A stretch of 64,000 bases of DNA, taken from Marsupella aquatica (taxonomy: Eukaryota; Plantae; Marchantiophyta). The translations under genes were made by a program, and so were the position numbers. Under the pieces are notes generated by a model, which was not told the origin of the DNA, searched no databases, and saw only the letters and a list, made by a program, of their open reading frames with translations. This document shows positions 11,845 to 23,420 of this stretch, piece after piece (within the stretch, counting starts at the first letter, position 1; each line of letters begins with the position of its first letter). The DNA lies in the NCBI GenBank assembly GCA_973895155.1, contig OZ316893.1:26834798-26898797 (forward strand). The letters run 5' to 3'.

Positions 11845-14541
11845 CACTAGAAGAAACCGGCCCTATCTGAGACCCTCCCTTACATGACTTACTTGAGACC
11901 TTTGGAAATTAGTGACTCCAAGGTTATTGGTGTCATCTTTGTTACACCTTCTCAACTAAGTTTTGGTGAATTTTTGGAGAGTCATATCTATAACTATTTG
12001 GAGTGTTGCAATTGTAACTTAGTGTAGGCAATTATTTTGAAGTTTTATAAGTGACTCAGCACAATTATAATAGCGCTTTCTGCCATATTTATCACCATGG
12101 TTGCACATATATAAGAACAATATAACTTTGGCTCTTATTAAATAATAATGCCGACCCACATCCCAAATCCAACCCATACATATATACTTTATATGTATGA
12201 TTGACAAAATGATTATAGGTATATGTACCGGAGGTCGGTGCAATTGCAAGTCGTGCACCATGATGCAGGCCACTGGTTACTCCATCATACAAAGAGAAAG
12301 ACACACACTGAACCCACTAACATCATTTGGCAGCATTCTGTCTCCAAATATACCCCTTGGCCAATTTCAAATGGTTGCAACTCCCTTCATCTAGGAATAT
12401 TGAACAGCCCAATATTAGGGACTCTTTTTGTTAAGGGTACAATGCAATGCCTTTGCCGCAAGACCACTTCTACCTACTCTTCCTTGTAATGCGTGTTGCC
12501 CTCAATTGGCTTCATGAACCCCTTCACCTAATGGACCATGCCACAAGTTTCCACGTGTTACATGGTAATGCCTTTGCCCATTGACTGTTTTTCCCAAACC
12601 CCTTGTGCCAAAACCCTTGGGAGAAACGACGAGTGCCTTCGCGCGCACAGAGTGTCGGCATTTGGCGAGCGAGAAGGAAGAGCCGAACATCGTCAGGCTT
12701 GGGCCCTAGGTTTCCTGAGTGAATCCTATCGAGCTTCTTTGAGTGTCTTGTCTCCGCTGTGCGCTTGCAGTCAAAGGCTTGGATTCTCGCTACTATTGGG
12801 AGCTCGGGGTTGGAATGAGGGTTGAGTGATTGGCATTTTGTTGGTAGTGGAAGGAGCTGTGGGTTTAGGAGGCTGCTTATTGCAAGCACAAAACATTGCA
12901 GCGGTGACATTGCTAGGTTTTGCTACTGTGCTGAGTGAGGTTGAGGCTGGGTCCAGAGTTTACAAAGGTTGTCGGGAGGTTTATCGCGGATGACTGGCGA
13001 TTGGTGAGGCCTATTTGCATTCATCTCCACTATCATTGGGTACCCGAGATACAACGATCGACCTTCTATACAGAGGCGAGGAAGTGACGAGAACCTACAA
13101 CTCTTTGCGGGAATGCGTGGTCTTCTGCTTACCTGATTGCCCTCATGCTTGACTGTAAATACATTAGTAAAGTTTTGCTTTGGCTCAACTTTGGTCTTTT
13201 TTGGCCTTGCGTGACTGCGCTCACTTCTCTCGGTTTCCAGTGTGCAGTTGGCTAAAGACCTGGATGTCATGCTGTGAGTGCAAGCTGCTAGTAGTTGTCC
13301 ATAGCTTGGGGAAAGCGGTGGGGACTGAGGCCACAAAGGAGTTTGACCTGCGCTTTTTTTTCTTTGCAGCAAGAGCGAGAGTGAGACGAGTTACAAATTG
13401 AGTTTCATTGAGCTGCTGCCCTGGGCTTGGCGGAGGTCCTACACTCTTGTGTCGCTCACTTGTTCAGCTGCGGTGGGAGCGGGCTTTTGGTAGTGACCTG
13501 TTCAGTTGCAGTGGGAGCTGACAACTTTGGTGGTTGTGGTGTTGAGCTTCTGAGGAGGGCAAGCAACTGCGTGATGTGCCCTTGAGTGAATGTCTCTTGG
13601 AGGAGCTGCGAAGTGGTGAAAGGGGAAGGAGGTGAGCTCGGGCCTGGAAGCCATGTGCTTCTCCAACATTTTTGCACAATGCAATGCTGCTCAATCATTT
13701 ATCCTTCCTCTAAAGCTGAGTGTGACGCATCGACCTTTGACGGGAGTATCTGCATTACAGTTTGCTACATACGGCTGCTCTCTGTGTGGCAATCGCCAAT
13801 AGCTAGCGCAATGGAGGGTTCGACGTCAACTTTGAGTCATTGATCAGTGCACACTACATCGCTCTCCCTTTGCTAAACCCTTTCTTTTGGCTTGGTTCTT
13901 GGTGCCTTTGGCATAGGAGCGACGTTATTGCTAATCAACTCCCGAATCAACTTTGGAGGTGCGGGTTAGAAGGGGTTGGAGAGAGGAGGTCCAAACCGAG
14001 AATGCCCTTCACCGTCAACGGTTTCTACTAGTCCCGGCCATGCAGCTGAAAGTGCGCTTCTTTCAGGTGTCGTAGCATTCTGCCAGCCGGGTGCTTGGAC
14101 TGCAGAGAAGAGCAGCCACAGTCATTCAGTTCTTCTCCTAGCTCAGCTGCGCATTGTCAACCATCGAGCGCTGCTGCGCGCTAGCTGTGAACCCCAAGAG
14201 GAGCTGCGACAAGGAGGAGATGCAACCAAGAGGAGATGCGACGAAGAGGAGATGCAACCAAGAGAAGCTGCTGCATCCCACATTGAGTTGGACATTGAGG
14301 TAGGGACGTGAGCTACGCACTTTCAACCATCAAGCAACCACCAAGCTCGGCAGCGCTCTGGGATTTGTTGGCCACAGCAGACAAAGCGGAAGACAAAGGT
14401 GAGTGTTCGTGCACCGTTAGAGTAACCGCAAGTACTCTATTACATGCCTCGTTGTTCTCTATTACATGCCTTGTTCTCCCGCCCACTGTTTCCTGCGATT
14501 TTCTTTCTTCCATAAGAGAATGGTGATTTCTTCTTCTATCA

Positions 14542-14797
14542 CTTGATCTTTGAATCATGGAACTGCTTGGTACTTTCTCGCTTGCACAGAGAGACAGGGA
14601 CTGTCGTAGTCTTCATGATCTGGATGCAAGGGAACCGAACTCTATGACAAGAAGCCATCTCATCATACATCTGCTCTGCAGATCCGTTTCTTGTGGTATC
14701 ACAATATTCCTTGTACATGTTGTGATAACCTGTATGACTCTGATACGTGGACCCAGATACCGAAGTTCTTAATTGTGGTGGGCTTCTTTTCGAAGAT
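14542..14797 (-). pseudogene. RPL18a: Captured exon of 60S ribosomal protein L18a
   Basis: [15 protein letters not shown] (frameshift) [56 protein letters not shown], preceded by acceptor CTACCAG|ATC. The ORF track labels 14539..14820 as +, but that peptide reads from the minus strand. Confidence 0.9.
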
Positions 14798-15806
14798 CTG
14801 GTAGACACATTATTCAGCATTTGCTAACTTCGAAACTAGAAGGGTAACACATTAAACAACAGAGAAACTCACAACATCCTCCTTTGGTCCTTCAGAGTCT
14901 GTACTTTGATTCTGAAGTTTGACTGAGTTTTTGTTTACTAAAAGAATGTGACTGTGTAAGAGTTCCGTTTGGCAGTGGATTGGTTGAAGCACTTCATGCT
15001 AGTGTGTTGTCCACAGCTCTTCAACCAGCTTTCGTCTTCCTTGTCTTTCACCACTTATGATGACATCAATTCAGCTAAGACCATAGAAGGTTCCAAAGCA
15101 TCTAACTTGTAAAATCGCATTCTGTTACATCAAGGACTAAGGTGTTGGGTGCCAAAGGAGACAGCACAACAAACACGCTGAAAAGACTTCAGGACTGGGT
15201 TCAACAAGGTAGTGAAGGTGCTTAGAGCCATAGTAAGTATGCATTCTGTATCTTTCTCTGTTGATGTGAGCTTGTGCATAATGGGAGTTGTAGTTGGCAA
15301 GAGTTCCAAATATGAATAGATCCAGAAGTATGTGATCATGTACTTGCTCTATAAAGTTTCTGAAGATATAAGCATTTTCTGTTAGACCAGGCAACTTGGG
15401 AGTTGGTAAGTGTCACCTGCATCTGAGGGGCTACACCGGGGCATAAATGGAGGTTCACTTGCACAACACGACAACCAGTGAATTTTCTCTCTGCTGCAAC
15501 CTGCAAGGTGAGACTTTCGGTCTTTCTGGATGAAAAAACAGGAGTTTAATATGATTGATATACATGTCCGTCGAGAATATGGGTTTATCACCAAGCTCTT
15601 TGTCTTAGGAAACTCATAAACTCAGAATCAAATATGTACTATGCACGTTTCATGCTATGTGTATACTATGACCTGTAGTTGGAACCAAGACAATGAGTGG
15701 GAACTGATTAGTTTAGGTGGTTGCTGTTGGCGAGGCAAGTCGACCTCCTGCTCACCTTGCTCATCAAAGGACGTGAACAGAGGACATCACAACGAAAGCA
15801 ACACTT

Positions 15807-16256
15807 ATGGTGAGGACCCGCAACGCTGAACATGTGCGACTTGCACGCAAGGCAGAGATGTTGCGCCTTGAGTATGTCAGACTTGGGATCCTTCCAGCCC
15901 AGTCTGCATGGTACTTTGAGTACCCTGTTGTTTCCAGGAACAACTACAGCCGGCCTCTACCTGCTTCAGTACCCTTCCCGACATCCTTGGTATTTGTGTC
16001 TCTTGTACATGACCCGCCACAAATTAGGTTCCAAGGGTGTGTACACAGTTGCCAATATGACTGTCCTGCCTGTAGGGCTTCTGGCCCAGAATTGGATGAC
16101 CGTTCTCTTGGATGCCGATTTTTGCACAGAGCACAATGTATCATCTGGAACCACTCGCCATCCTGCAGTGTGCCTGGTGATGTCACTTGTCTTGCCCTCC
16201 CAGACCCCACCACCGGTGACTTTGGTGTCTACACATGTTTGGATCACATGCTCTAG
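15807..16256 (+). CDS. Cys/His-rich hypothetical protein (149 aa) inside CACTA-1
   Basis: ATG-initiated open frame co-oriented with the other cargo ORFs. It has a CVHSC..DCPAC..GCRFLHRAQC..H..C pattern; no family recognised. Confidence 0.4.
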   Translation: MVRTRNAEHVRLARKAEMLRLEYVRLGILPAQSAWYFEYPVVSRNNYSRPLPASVPFPTSLVFVSLVHDPPQIRFQGCVHSCQYDCPACRASGPELDDRSLGCRFLHRAQCIIWNHSPSCSVPGDVTCLALPDPTTGDFGVYTCLDHML

Positions 16257-16954
16257 AGGACCACTTGTCACACCGCATGCACAGACCAGATACCATTGAC
16301 CTATAGCTTAACACTCTGACTTCAACACAGAGGATATTTACTTAAAATTTTGATGTATGAGCAATTTTGGGTCCAGGGTTTAGGGTCAACAGTACATAAC
16401 TTATATCCTATTATGCCTGCACTAAGCAAAATATCCTAATTTAAGAGGCTAGCAAACTCGCATAAAAGTCTCTATTGAAAGACTGCTTTCATGACTGCTT
16501 TAACCTGGTGAACATTGCAACGTTGAATGAATTAATGGGCCATGTGATAATATGCAAAATGATTTATGCCTCACTTATTTGTCTCAGCCACTATCATAAC
16601 CTATTTAGGATGTATAAATTTCAACCCTTATGACACTGCTTCATACCAATCCTCTTCGAAGAATGCCTGTTTTACATGTCACGACTATTGTATGTGATTC
16701 AAATGCATGAAATGTTGTTGCAGATCTCCTTTGGTGAATCATAGCCACAATTAAAATTGAAGTGTTGGTGGAGAAATTGTATTAGGGGATCAGTTTTGTG
16801 TGTGGGCTCAACATACCAAAAGTATGTGTGCTCTGCATCCTTGTGTGGCCATTCCAATTCATTGCAGTAGCAAATGCCTTTGTACCTTAAATGCTAAATA
16901 TATTTTACTTTCTGTGCAGTCTGCTAAATTGTAGAGTCTATCTCATGCGCAGGC

Positions 16955-17635
16955 ATGGCACGGCCTAAAATTCAAGCCAAAAAGCGTGTGACAGAGGTGA
17001 GAAACACAGGTGTACTTGGGGTAGATGCTACTAACTTCTCTGCAAGTCAGATTTTCCAGAAGGCAGCTCATTGTTGTGCCATTTGTGACGATGGTGGGGG
17101 CCTGGTCATTTGTGAGGGCCCTTGCATGAGGCATTTCCACCTCAACCCGGAGTCTGACCTTGCTGCAGAAAACAACTGTCCAGGGGTGGGCCTCCCGTCA
17201 ACACACCAGGGAGACTGGATGTGCACTGATTGTTTGGAGAAGCAGGCTAAGTGTGCACAGTGTGGGAAGTTGGGGTCCTATGAGGGCTCTGTTGATGCTG
17301 CAGCAAATGTTAGGAAATGTCCAGACCGTTTTTGTGTGAGATTTTTCTGTTTTGAGTGTTTGCCTGCTCATGCCACAGCTTGCCCACTTCATAGGTGCAA
17401 GGCATGTGGTGAGCATGATGATGACTACTGGACTGACATAGTCCACTGTGCTAGGTGTCCCACTATGTGGCACTATCATTGCCTGAAAGATCATCAAGCA
17501 GAGGGTTATGCTTGTGACAGAGAAATCTATGATCACTCTGCACATGGTGTTGATCGATGGATATTTTATTGTCATCGCCATGCCATTGATCCTACCTCGC
17601 GCACTCCTGTGAGAGATCACATATCTTGGCTGTGA
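16955..17635 (+). CDS. Stand-alone EDM2-like multi-PHD-finger protein (226 aa), CACTA cargo
   Basis: CAICDDGG.L..CEGPCMRHFH, C..C.KLGS, CPLHRC..C, CARCP..WH..CL and IFYC..H.ID....TPVRDHI follow the order of the EDM2/NSD-type PHD cassette. The frame is intact. Confidence 0.82.
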   Translation: MARPKIQAKKRVTEVRNTGVLGVDATNFSASQIFQKAAHCCAICDDGGGLVICEGPCMRHFHLNPESDLAAENNCPGVGLPSTHQGDWMCTDCLEKQAKCAQCGKLGSYEGSVDAAANVRKCPDRFCVRFFCFECLPAHATACPLHRCKACGEHDDDYWTDIVHCARCPTMWHYHCLKDHQAEGYACDREIYDHSAHGVDRWIFYCHRHAIDPTSRTPVRDHISWL

Positions 17636-18221
17636 AGCTGAACATTGTACATGCACAGTGCACCTGATGTGGATGTACTATTTTTTGAGATTGCAGAGAT
17701 TCCAATTTTGAAAAGGAGTTGGGTAGGCGAGTTTATATAGGCAGCACTTATCTTGTGCTCTGGCGTCAGTGGCTGGGTACATGCCTATACAAACTTATCC
17801 TTACAAGCCTTCTTGGAAGTATTTAGGCTGAGTGGTCATTTTCATAAACACTTTCATCAGACTGCTAAATTAAAACAGGACTTCTAAGTTGTAAGCGTAT
17901 AAATTATCAGGCATGCAATTAATCAAATTGCCCTATAAGTTTGTCATTGAATGTATCCTCCTTTACAACAAAATATGTATGTGCCATGACAAGTTGGTTG
18001 CACTTCATTTCACCACGGATATGGATTTTGTAGTATATATTCAAACAATGTCCTGCATCCGTGCAGGTGCCTAGTACGTATTGTTCACATATCCCTTGTA
18101 CCTATCAAAATCGGACCTGAGCACCAGTGGGCCAGATCAACTCAAAAAGCAGGAATTTTGTTGTCCTTGTATTGTCAGGTGAACCCATTCTTCCAAAATT
18201 CACTGTCATCACGTAGAGTGT

Positions 18222-19100
18222 GTGTACATGGAGCCTGGTAAACGTAGAAAGTGTGACCACCCAGCAGTGTTTATAGGGGTCAGAGCGATTTTGGTCCATG
18301 GCCAGCATGGGTTGACCAAAGTGCATTGGCCAACTGTACAGAAACGATTCTCTGAGCTCCATGGCACTGTAGTTCAGGACATCACTCCAGAGACTACACA
18401 TGTTGTTGCAGGGACATGGCTATCAGTGATAAAGAAGTGGTCATGGTCCTACATGAATTCTGCAATTACTAAGCAAGGCCTAAAAGCAGTTGAGGCCTCT
18501 TGGATCACAGATTCCATAGCACATAAGATTGTACAGGATACTGAGCAATATGAGTTGTGGGAGGATGAAGAAGCTTCTGCATCAGCTTGGGCTGAACAAG
18601 AAGTCTGGGAAGCAAAGGCACGGCTTGCTGATCTCCAATATGGACCTGTACTCAACAAAGGACAGAGCTCTACAAGGCTGAAGTGTATGTTGGCTGAGGA
18701 GACGAAGCAACCAACCCCCATTCTGAAAGTGCTGAGCATGGTATTTGTGGAGGCGGGAATTGGAGAGGTTAAGTGCAAAGTGTACAAGTCCACAGTGCTT
18801 GACCTAGGTGGGACAGTGGAGGAGAATATAACAGAGGACACCACTCATCTCATTACTAAGTCATATCCCAAAGCCTGCCGCAAGTTTGGGAAGGGAGACA
18901 TTCGCTTTTATGTCATGTCCCATAATGTGTTTGTGGTTTCATATGCTTGGCTTGTGGAATCAGTAGCAGCTGGGAAGCGTCAAAACCCAATGGACTATGA
19001 TCTTTTTGAGGCCTGGCCACGGAAGGGTCAGGATCCTTACAGAGAGGACTATGAGACAACAAGTGAGGAATGGGTCATTAGCGATTCTGAATCAGAGTGA
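18222..19100 (+). CDS. Double-BRCT-domain protein (~291 aa), CACTA cargo
   Basis: Two repeats: LHGTVVQDITPETTHVV..WITDSI..QYEL and LGGTVEENITEDTTHLI..WLVESV..DYDL. Intact frame with an acidic tail. Confidence 0.82.
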   Translation: MYMEPGKRRKCDHPAVFIGVRAILVHGQHGLTKVHWPTVQKRFSELHGTVVQDITPETTHVVAGTWLSVIKKWSWSYMNSAITKQGLKAVEASWITDSIAHKIVQDTEQYELWEDEEASASAWAEQEVWEAKARLADLQYGPVLNKGQSSTRLKCMLAEETKQPTPILKVLSMVFVEAGIGEVKCKVYKSTVLDLGGTVEENITEDTTHLITKSYPKACRKFGKGDIRFYVMSHNVFVVSYAWLVESVAAGKRQNPMDYDLFEAWPRKGQDPYREDYETTSEEWVISDSESE

Positions 19101-19533
19101 GGAGTAGTAGCATCAGTTTGGATACAAGTTTTTTTGTATAAATCAGATCATTGAAATAAATGTGATCTTTGAACTAATGTAACTTGTTATGGTTGGTGGC
19201 AGTTGGGCTTATTTTACTGTTGGCGGATTGTTGTTTCCTGCTGCCTGGGGGTGTCACTGTAAACGTACATGCAGAGGCGGTACATTTGAGGACAGCGGAG
19301 GAGGTGGTGACACCCTCCAACATTTAGGAATTTTGTGTCATTCACTTGACAATAGGTACACTACTTGCGAACCTGTTTTTTTCTTTTGGGGTGGTTTAGG
19401 GTTTGTGAGAATTTAGTACACGTTATGTTAACTCTTTTGGCAGATACAATCAGGGATATATGGAACACAAATACCACCATTAGGCATCCTTGTTCACTGC
19501 TGTCCATGACTGCAGAGCTCCCAGCCTGTTACA

Positions 19534-22500
19534 ATGCACCCTGGTCACCACCCTCCCCAGACCCAGCCCAAGGCACAGGCACTGCCTTTGCATCATCCCA
19601 CAAGGATATCACGCCATGATAATAAGCTTTGGCAGCGTGAAAGGTTACGAACCAGACTTTCAGGAGCCAGTAGGATGAGATGTCCTTGTGCAATCTGCCA
19701 AGGATCCCGTACCAGGGGTCTGAATGAGGTTTGGCGGCATATCGCGGTTCATGGAAGAGATCCACGACATCGAGTTTGGAATGATCCTGCAAAGGAAGAT
19801 TCTTCCGACGAGGAGTGGAGGTTAGAATTTGATGCTGCCAATGCTGCAAGACGGGCAAGTGAGGTTCTGCCTGGTGCATTTGAAAATGTTGTAGCTGGTC
19901 TCTGTGGGTTGTCAGCTCTCCAACGGGATGGTGCTCAGGCAGCACCACGTGACGAAGGAATTCATGTGGAAGAGATGGTGAGAGACATCTTCCAAGACTT
20001 GGATGCATTTCATGATGGGCTGGACAATGAAGAGGATACGGCTGCAGATGCAAGTGTGCCCCCTGTCGAAGAGCCTCTTGATGAGTTTGAGATAGGGCAG
20101 GAAACCCCTGGGCATGATGGGATGTTTGGCTCTCCCCTGCAAATACAGGAAGGCAGGAAGTCTTTGTACCCCGGTAGCAAATGTTCTAAACTGGGATTTG
20201 TCATCATGTTCCTGAACATTTGCGGCAACCACAATGTCCCCAACATTTTGGTTTCTGAGTTGTTGGCATTCTTGCGAACAACTGTGCTACCAGATGGTAA
20301 TATTTTGCCCAAGAACATGTACGAGGCAAAAAGATGCATATCTAATCTTGGATTGAACTATGATTCGATCCATGCCTGTCCTGATGGGCATGTTCTTTTC
20401 ATAAAGGAGTATAAAGAATTGTTGACATGCCCTAAGTGTGGGAAGCACAGGTATCGAAACTCAGGAAAGTCTATGGTTCCCGCCAAGGTACTTCGTCATT
20501 TTCCACTCATTCCCAGACTTCAGCGGATGTTCAGAAGCCGTGCCATCTCGGAGATGATGACTTGGGCAACTGACAAGAAAAGTGATGATGGGCTACAACG
20601 ACATGCTGCAGATTCAAGGCAATGGAAACTCATAGATGAGATGTATCCCGAATTTGCTACTGAGCCGAGGAATGTCAGACTTGGGCTATCATTGGATGGG
20701 GTAAACCCATTTGGAGACAAGAACAACAAATTTTCGTGCTGGCCTGTAACTATTTTGAATTATAACCTTCCTCCTTGGATGACTACAAAGCGATTTTTTG
20801 TTCTGATGGTCCTACTGATACCAGGGCCAGACAATGCTGTATCTGCCAACATAGATGTGTTTCTGGCTCCCCTAGTGGAGGAATTGAGAAAGCTTTGGGA
20901 GGAAGGAGTTCTCACATATGATGTCCTACAGAGGCTTGGGAGGTTAAACCCATTCATCCTTAGAGCCATTGTCATTCTGACTATAGCTGACTACCCAGCC
21001 CATGGGATGATATCAGGCCAAACAACAAAAGGATATTGTGCTTGTACTATCTGTGGGCGCAATGTCACCAGTGAGTACTCCAGAGCCCTGCAGAAAGTGA
21101 TATACATGGGCCATCGTCGTTTTCTGAAGGCAGATCACCCTTATAGAGAAAGACAGGCACTGATTGCACACTTTGGCAATGAGATTGAGCAACGTGGACC
21201 CCCGGCACGAGTGACCAAAGAGGAGATCAGGCAGTGGGGAGCACTGAGGGATGACTATATCAAACGAGGGGGCAGGGAAGATGGAGTGAGTGATCCAATA
21301 AAGCGATATGGTGTAAAAAGACTGAGCATATTGGACTTGGAGCTCAAGTACTGGAGGGTAAGCCTCTTGGAGTTGATGCTAATTGGGATACATGTTTTGG
21401 TTCAGAGCATGTGCATTCATTTCGAAGAGAGAGACTAAACTTGAGGCATTTCCTGACGCTTTTGCATTGCAACGATGCAGGAGTTTGAGCCAAGCAAACA
21501 TAACATTGATGTTATGCACATTGAAAAGAATATTTGTGAGAGTCTACTCAGATTCTTGTGTGGAGAGAAAGACACTGGTTCAGTGAGATTGGATCTTGAA
21601 CAGAGGGGAATGAAACCCCATCTTTGGTTGAGGCCACATGCCCACAGAGCTGATGTGCTCTTGAAGTACCAAGCGCCCTATGTTCTGACAGACACAGAGT
21701 GGGAACTATTTGTGCAGAGGTTGAGTTCTTTGAAGGTTCCTTCAAACTATGGCAGTGCTTTCAAGAAGCATATCATGACTAGAAAGCTTGGTAGTATGAA
21801 AAGCCATGACTACCATATGTTGATGCAATAGGTGTTGCCTTTATGCCTGAGGGGCCTGTTGCAAAAGCCTGTTCGTACTGTGATCATGCGACTCAGTGAT
21901 GTGTTTCGTCGTATTTGTGTGAAGGTTTGGGATGAAACACACTTCCCACAACTGACAGAAGATGTCGCTCAGGTGCTGTGTGACCTGGAGATTTATTTTC
22001 CTCCCGCATTTTTTGATGTCATGACCCACCTACTTGTCCATGTTGTGGAAGAGCTACACCAATTTGGGCCTGTGAGTGCTCGTTGGTTGTACCCTTTGGA
22101 ACGGTACATGAAGTTACTCAAAGGTCACGTGAGAACATATTACAAACCTGAAGCAAGCATGGCTAAAGGTTACATCAAGGATGAGACTCTGGGATTTCTG
22201 ACCGAATACATAGCACAATATGAGCATGTGAAGACCAGGGTGTGGAATTCTGATGAGGAGGAAGGGGTGATAGGTGAAGTACTGGAAGGGGCTGCAACCA
22301 CAAAGAACTTGACCATATCTATGAGAGACTTGGCACATGACTTTGTATTGCACAACACTGTGGTGATGGAACCCTGGATACAGTGAGTGCATACATGTGC
22401 TATAATCCAGTTCATGATCTTAAATGTTGTGTTCGTGTGGTTTTCTCCTTCAGCCTGTTCATGTTTACCCAAGCTAATGCTGTGTGGTTGTTCGTTCAGG

Positions 22501-23265
22501 GAGTATGAGTCATTGAAGGCGGCCCATCCCACTGCAGGAACAACTTTTCCAGGTTTCATGGAGTGGATCAGAGTGGCAATTAGAGAGCATCACGAGACCC
22601 ACCCAAACATGGATGCAGATGTTTACCTACTGTCTAATGCCCCTAGCCTGAAAGTGAAGACTTACAAACGGATGAGAGCATATGGGAATCACTTCCGAGT
22701 GAAGGATGGTGACAGTGCCTACAGGGTGACGAATGACTGCGGGCTCATCACTGTATTTGAGTAACAGAGCCACAATCACGACAGGGCCTGGATGGAGATG
22801 GGATATGTGGGAGAATTAGTTGACATATGGGCTCTGGACTATGGGGCGGTGTCCAGTCCTGTGATTCTTATGAAAGGTTCATGGGTGCGGCAGGATTGGC
22901 TTGGTAACAGGGCTACCATGAAGAGAGACAACGACGGTTTCTTGCTGGCCAATTTCAGAGGGAAATTGCCCGAATGGTCTGAGCCATTTGTGTTTCCTAG
23001 TCAGGTGGAGCAAGCTTTCTTCCTGGATGTGGAAGACTCCCCAGGTTGGCGTGTAGTGTGTCATAAACAGGCCAGGCAACGTCGGATGGAAGGATCAAAC
23101 CTTGAGTTTCATTTACACTCTCATAGTGCCTTTGATCGTCGGCGTTCAGACCAAGTGCCTGTAGTTCATGATAGCGGGGACTTCATTCCTGTGACAAGGG
23201 TAGATGCATTTGCTGAAGGAGGCGAATTCAGAGATGCAGATGCCAACAGTGTGCCTGTGCCATGA
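19534..23265 (+). pseudogene. CACTA-1 TnpD-type transposase (transposase-associated domain, Transposase_21, DUF4218, DUF4216)
   Basis: Motifs RCPCAIC, IHACPDG, LRHFPLIPRLQR, RNVRLGLSLDGVNPF, DVMHIEKN, KSHDYH, WLYPLERYM and EPFVFPSQVEQAF. Introns at 21358-21480 and 22383-22499. Premature stops at 21829 and 22762. Confidence 0.93.
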
Positions 23266-23420
23266 GTAATGTGAATTGTTTGCATGGACATTAGTGAGGG
23301 GAAGGATGTGTAATAAAGTAATTCTGAAGCAACACAGATGTATGGATGGATGCCTGGTGATTGTGGTTGCATTGTGTTATACGGGGTGACCATAGATGAC
23401 ATGTTTTTGTGGTCCAGTAG

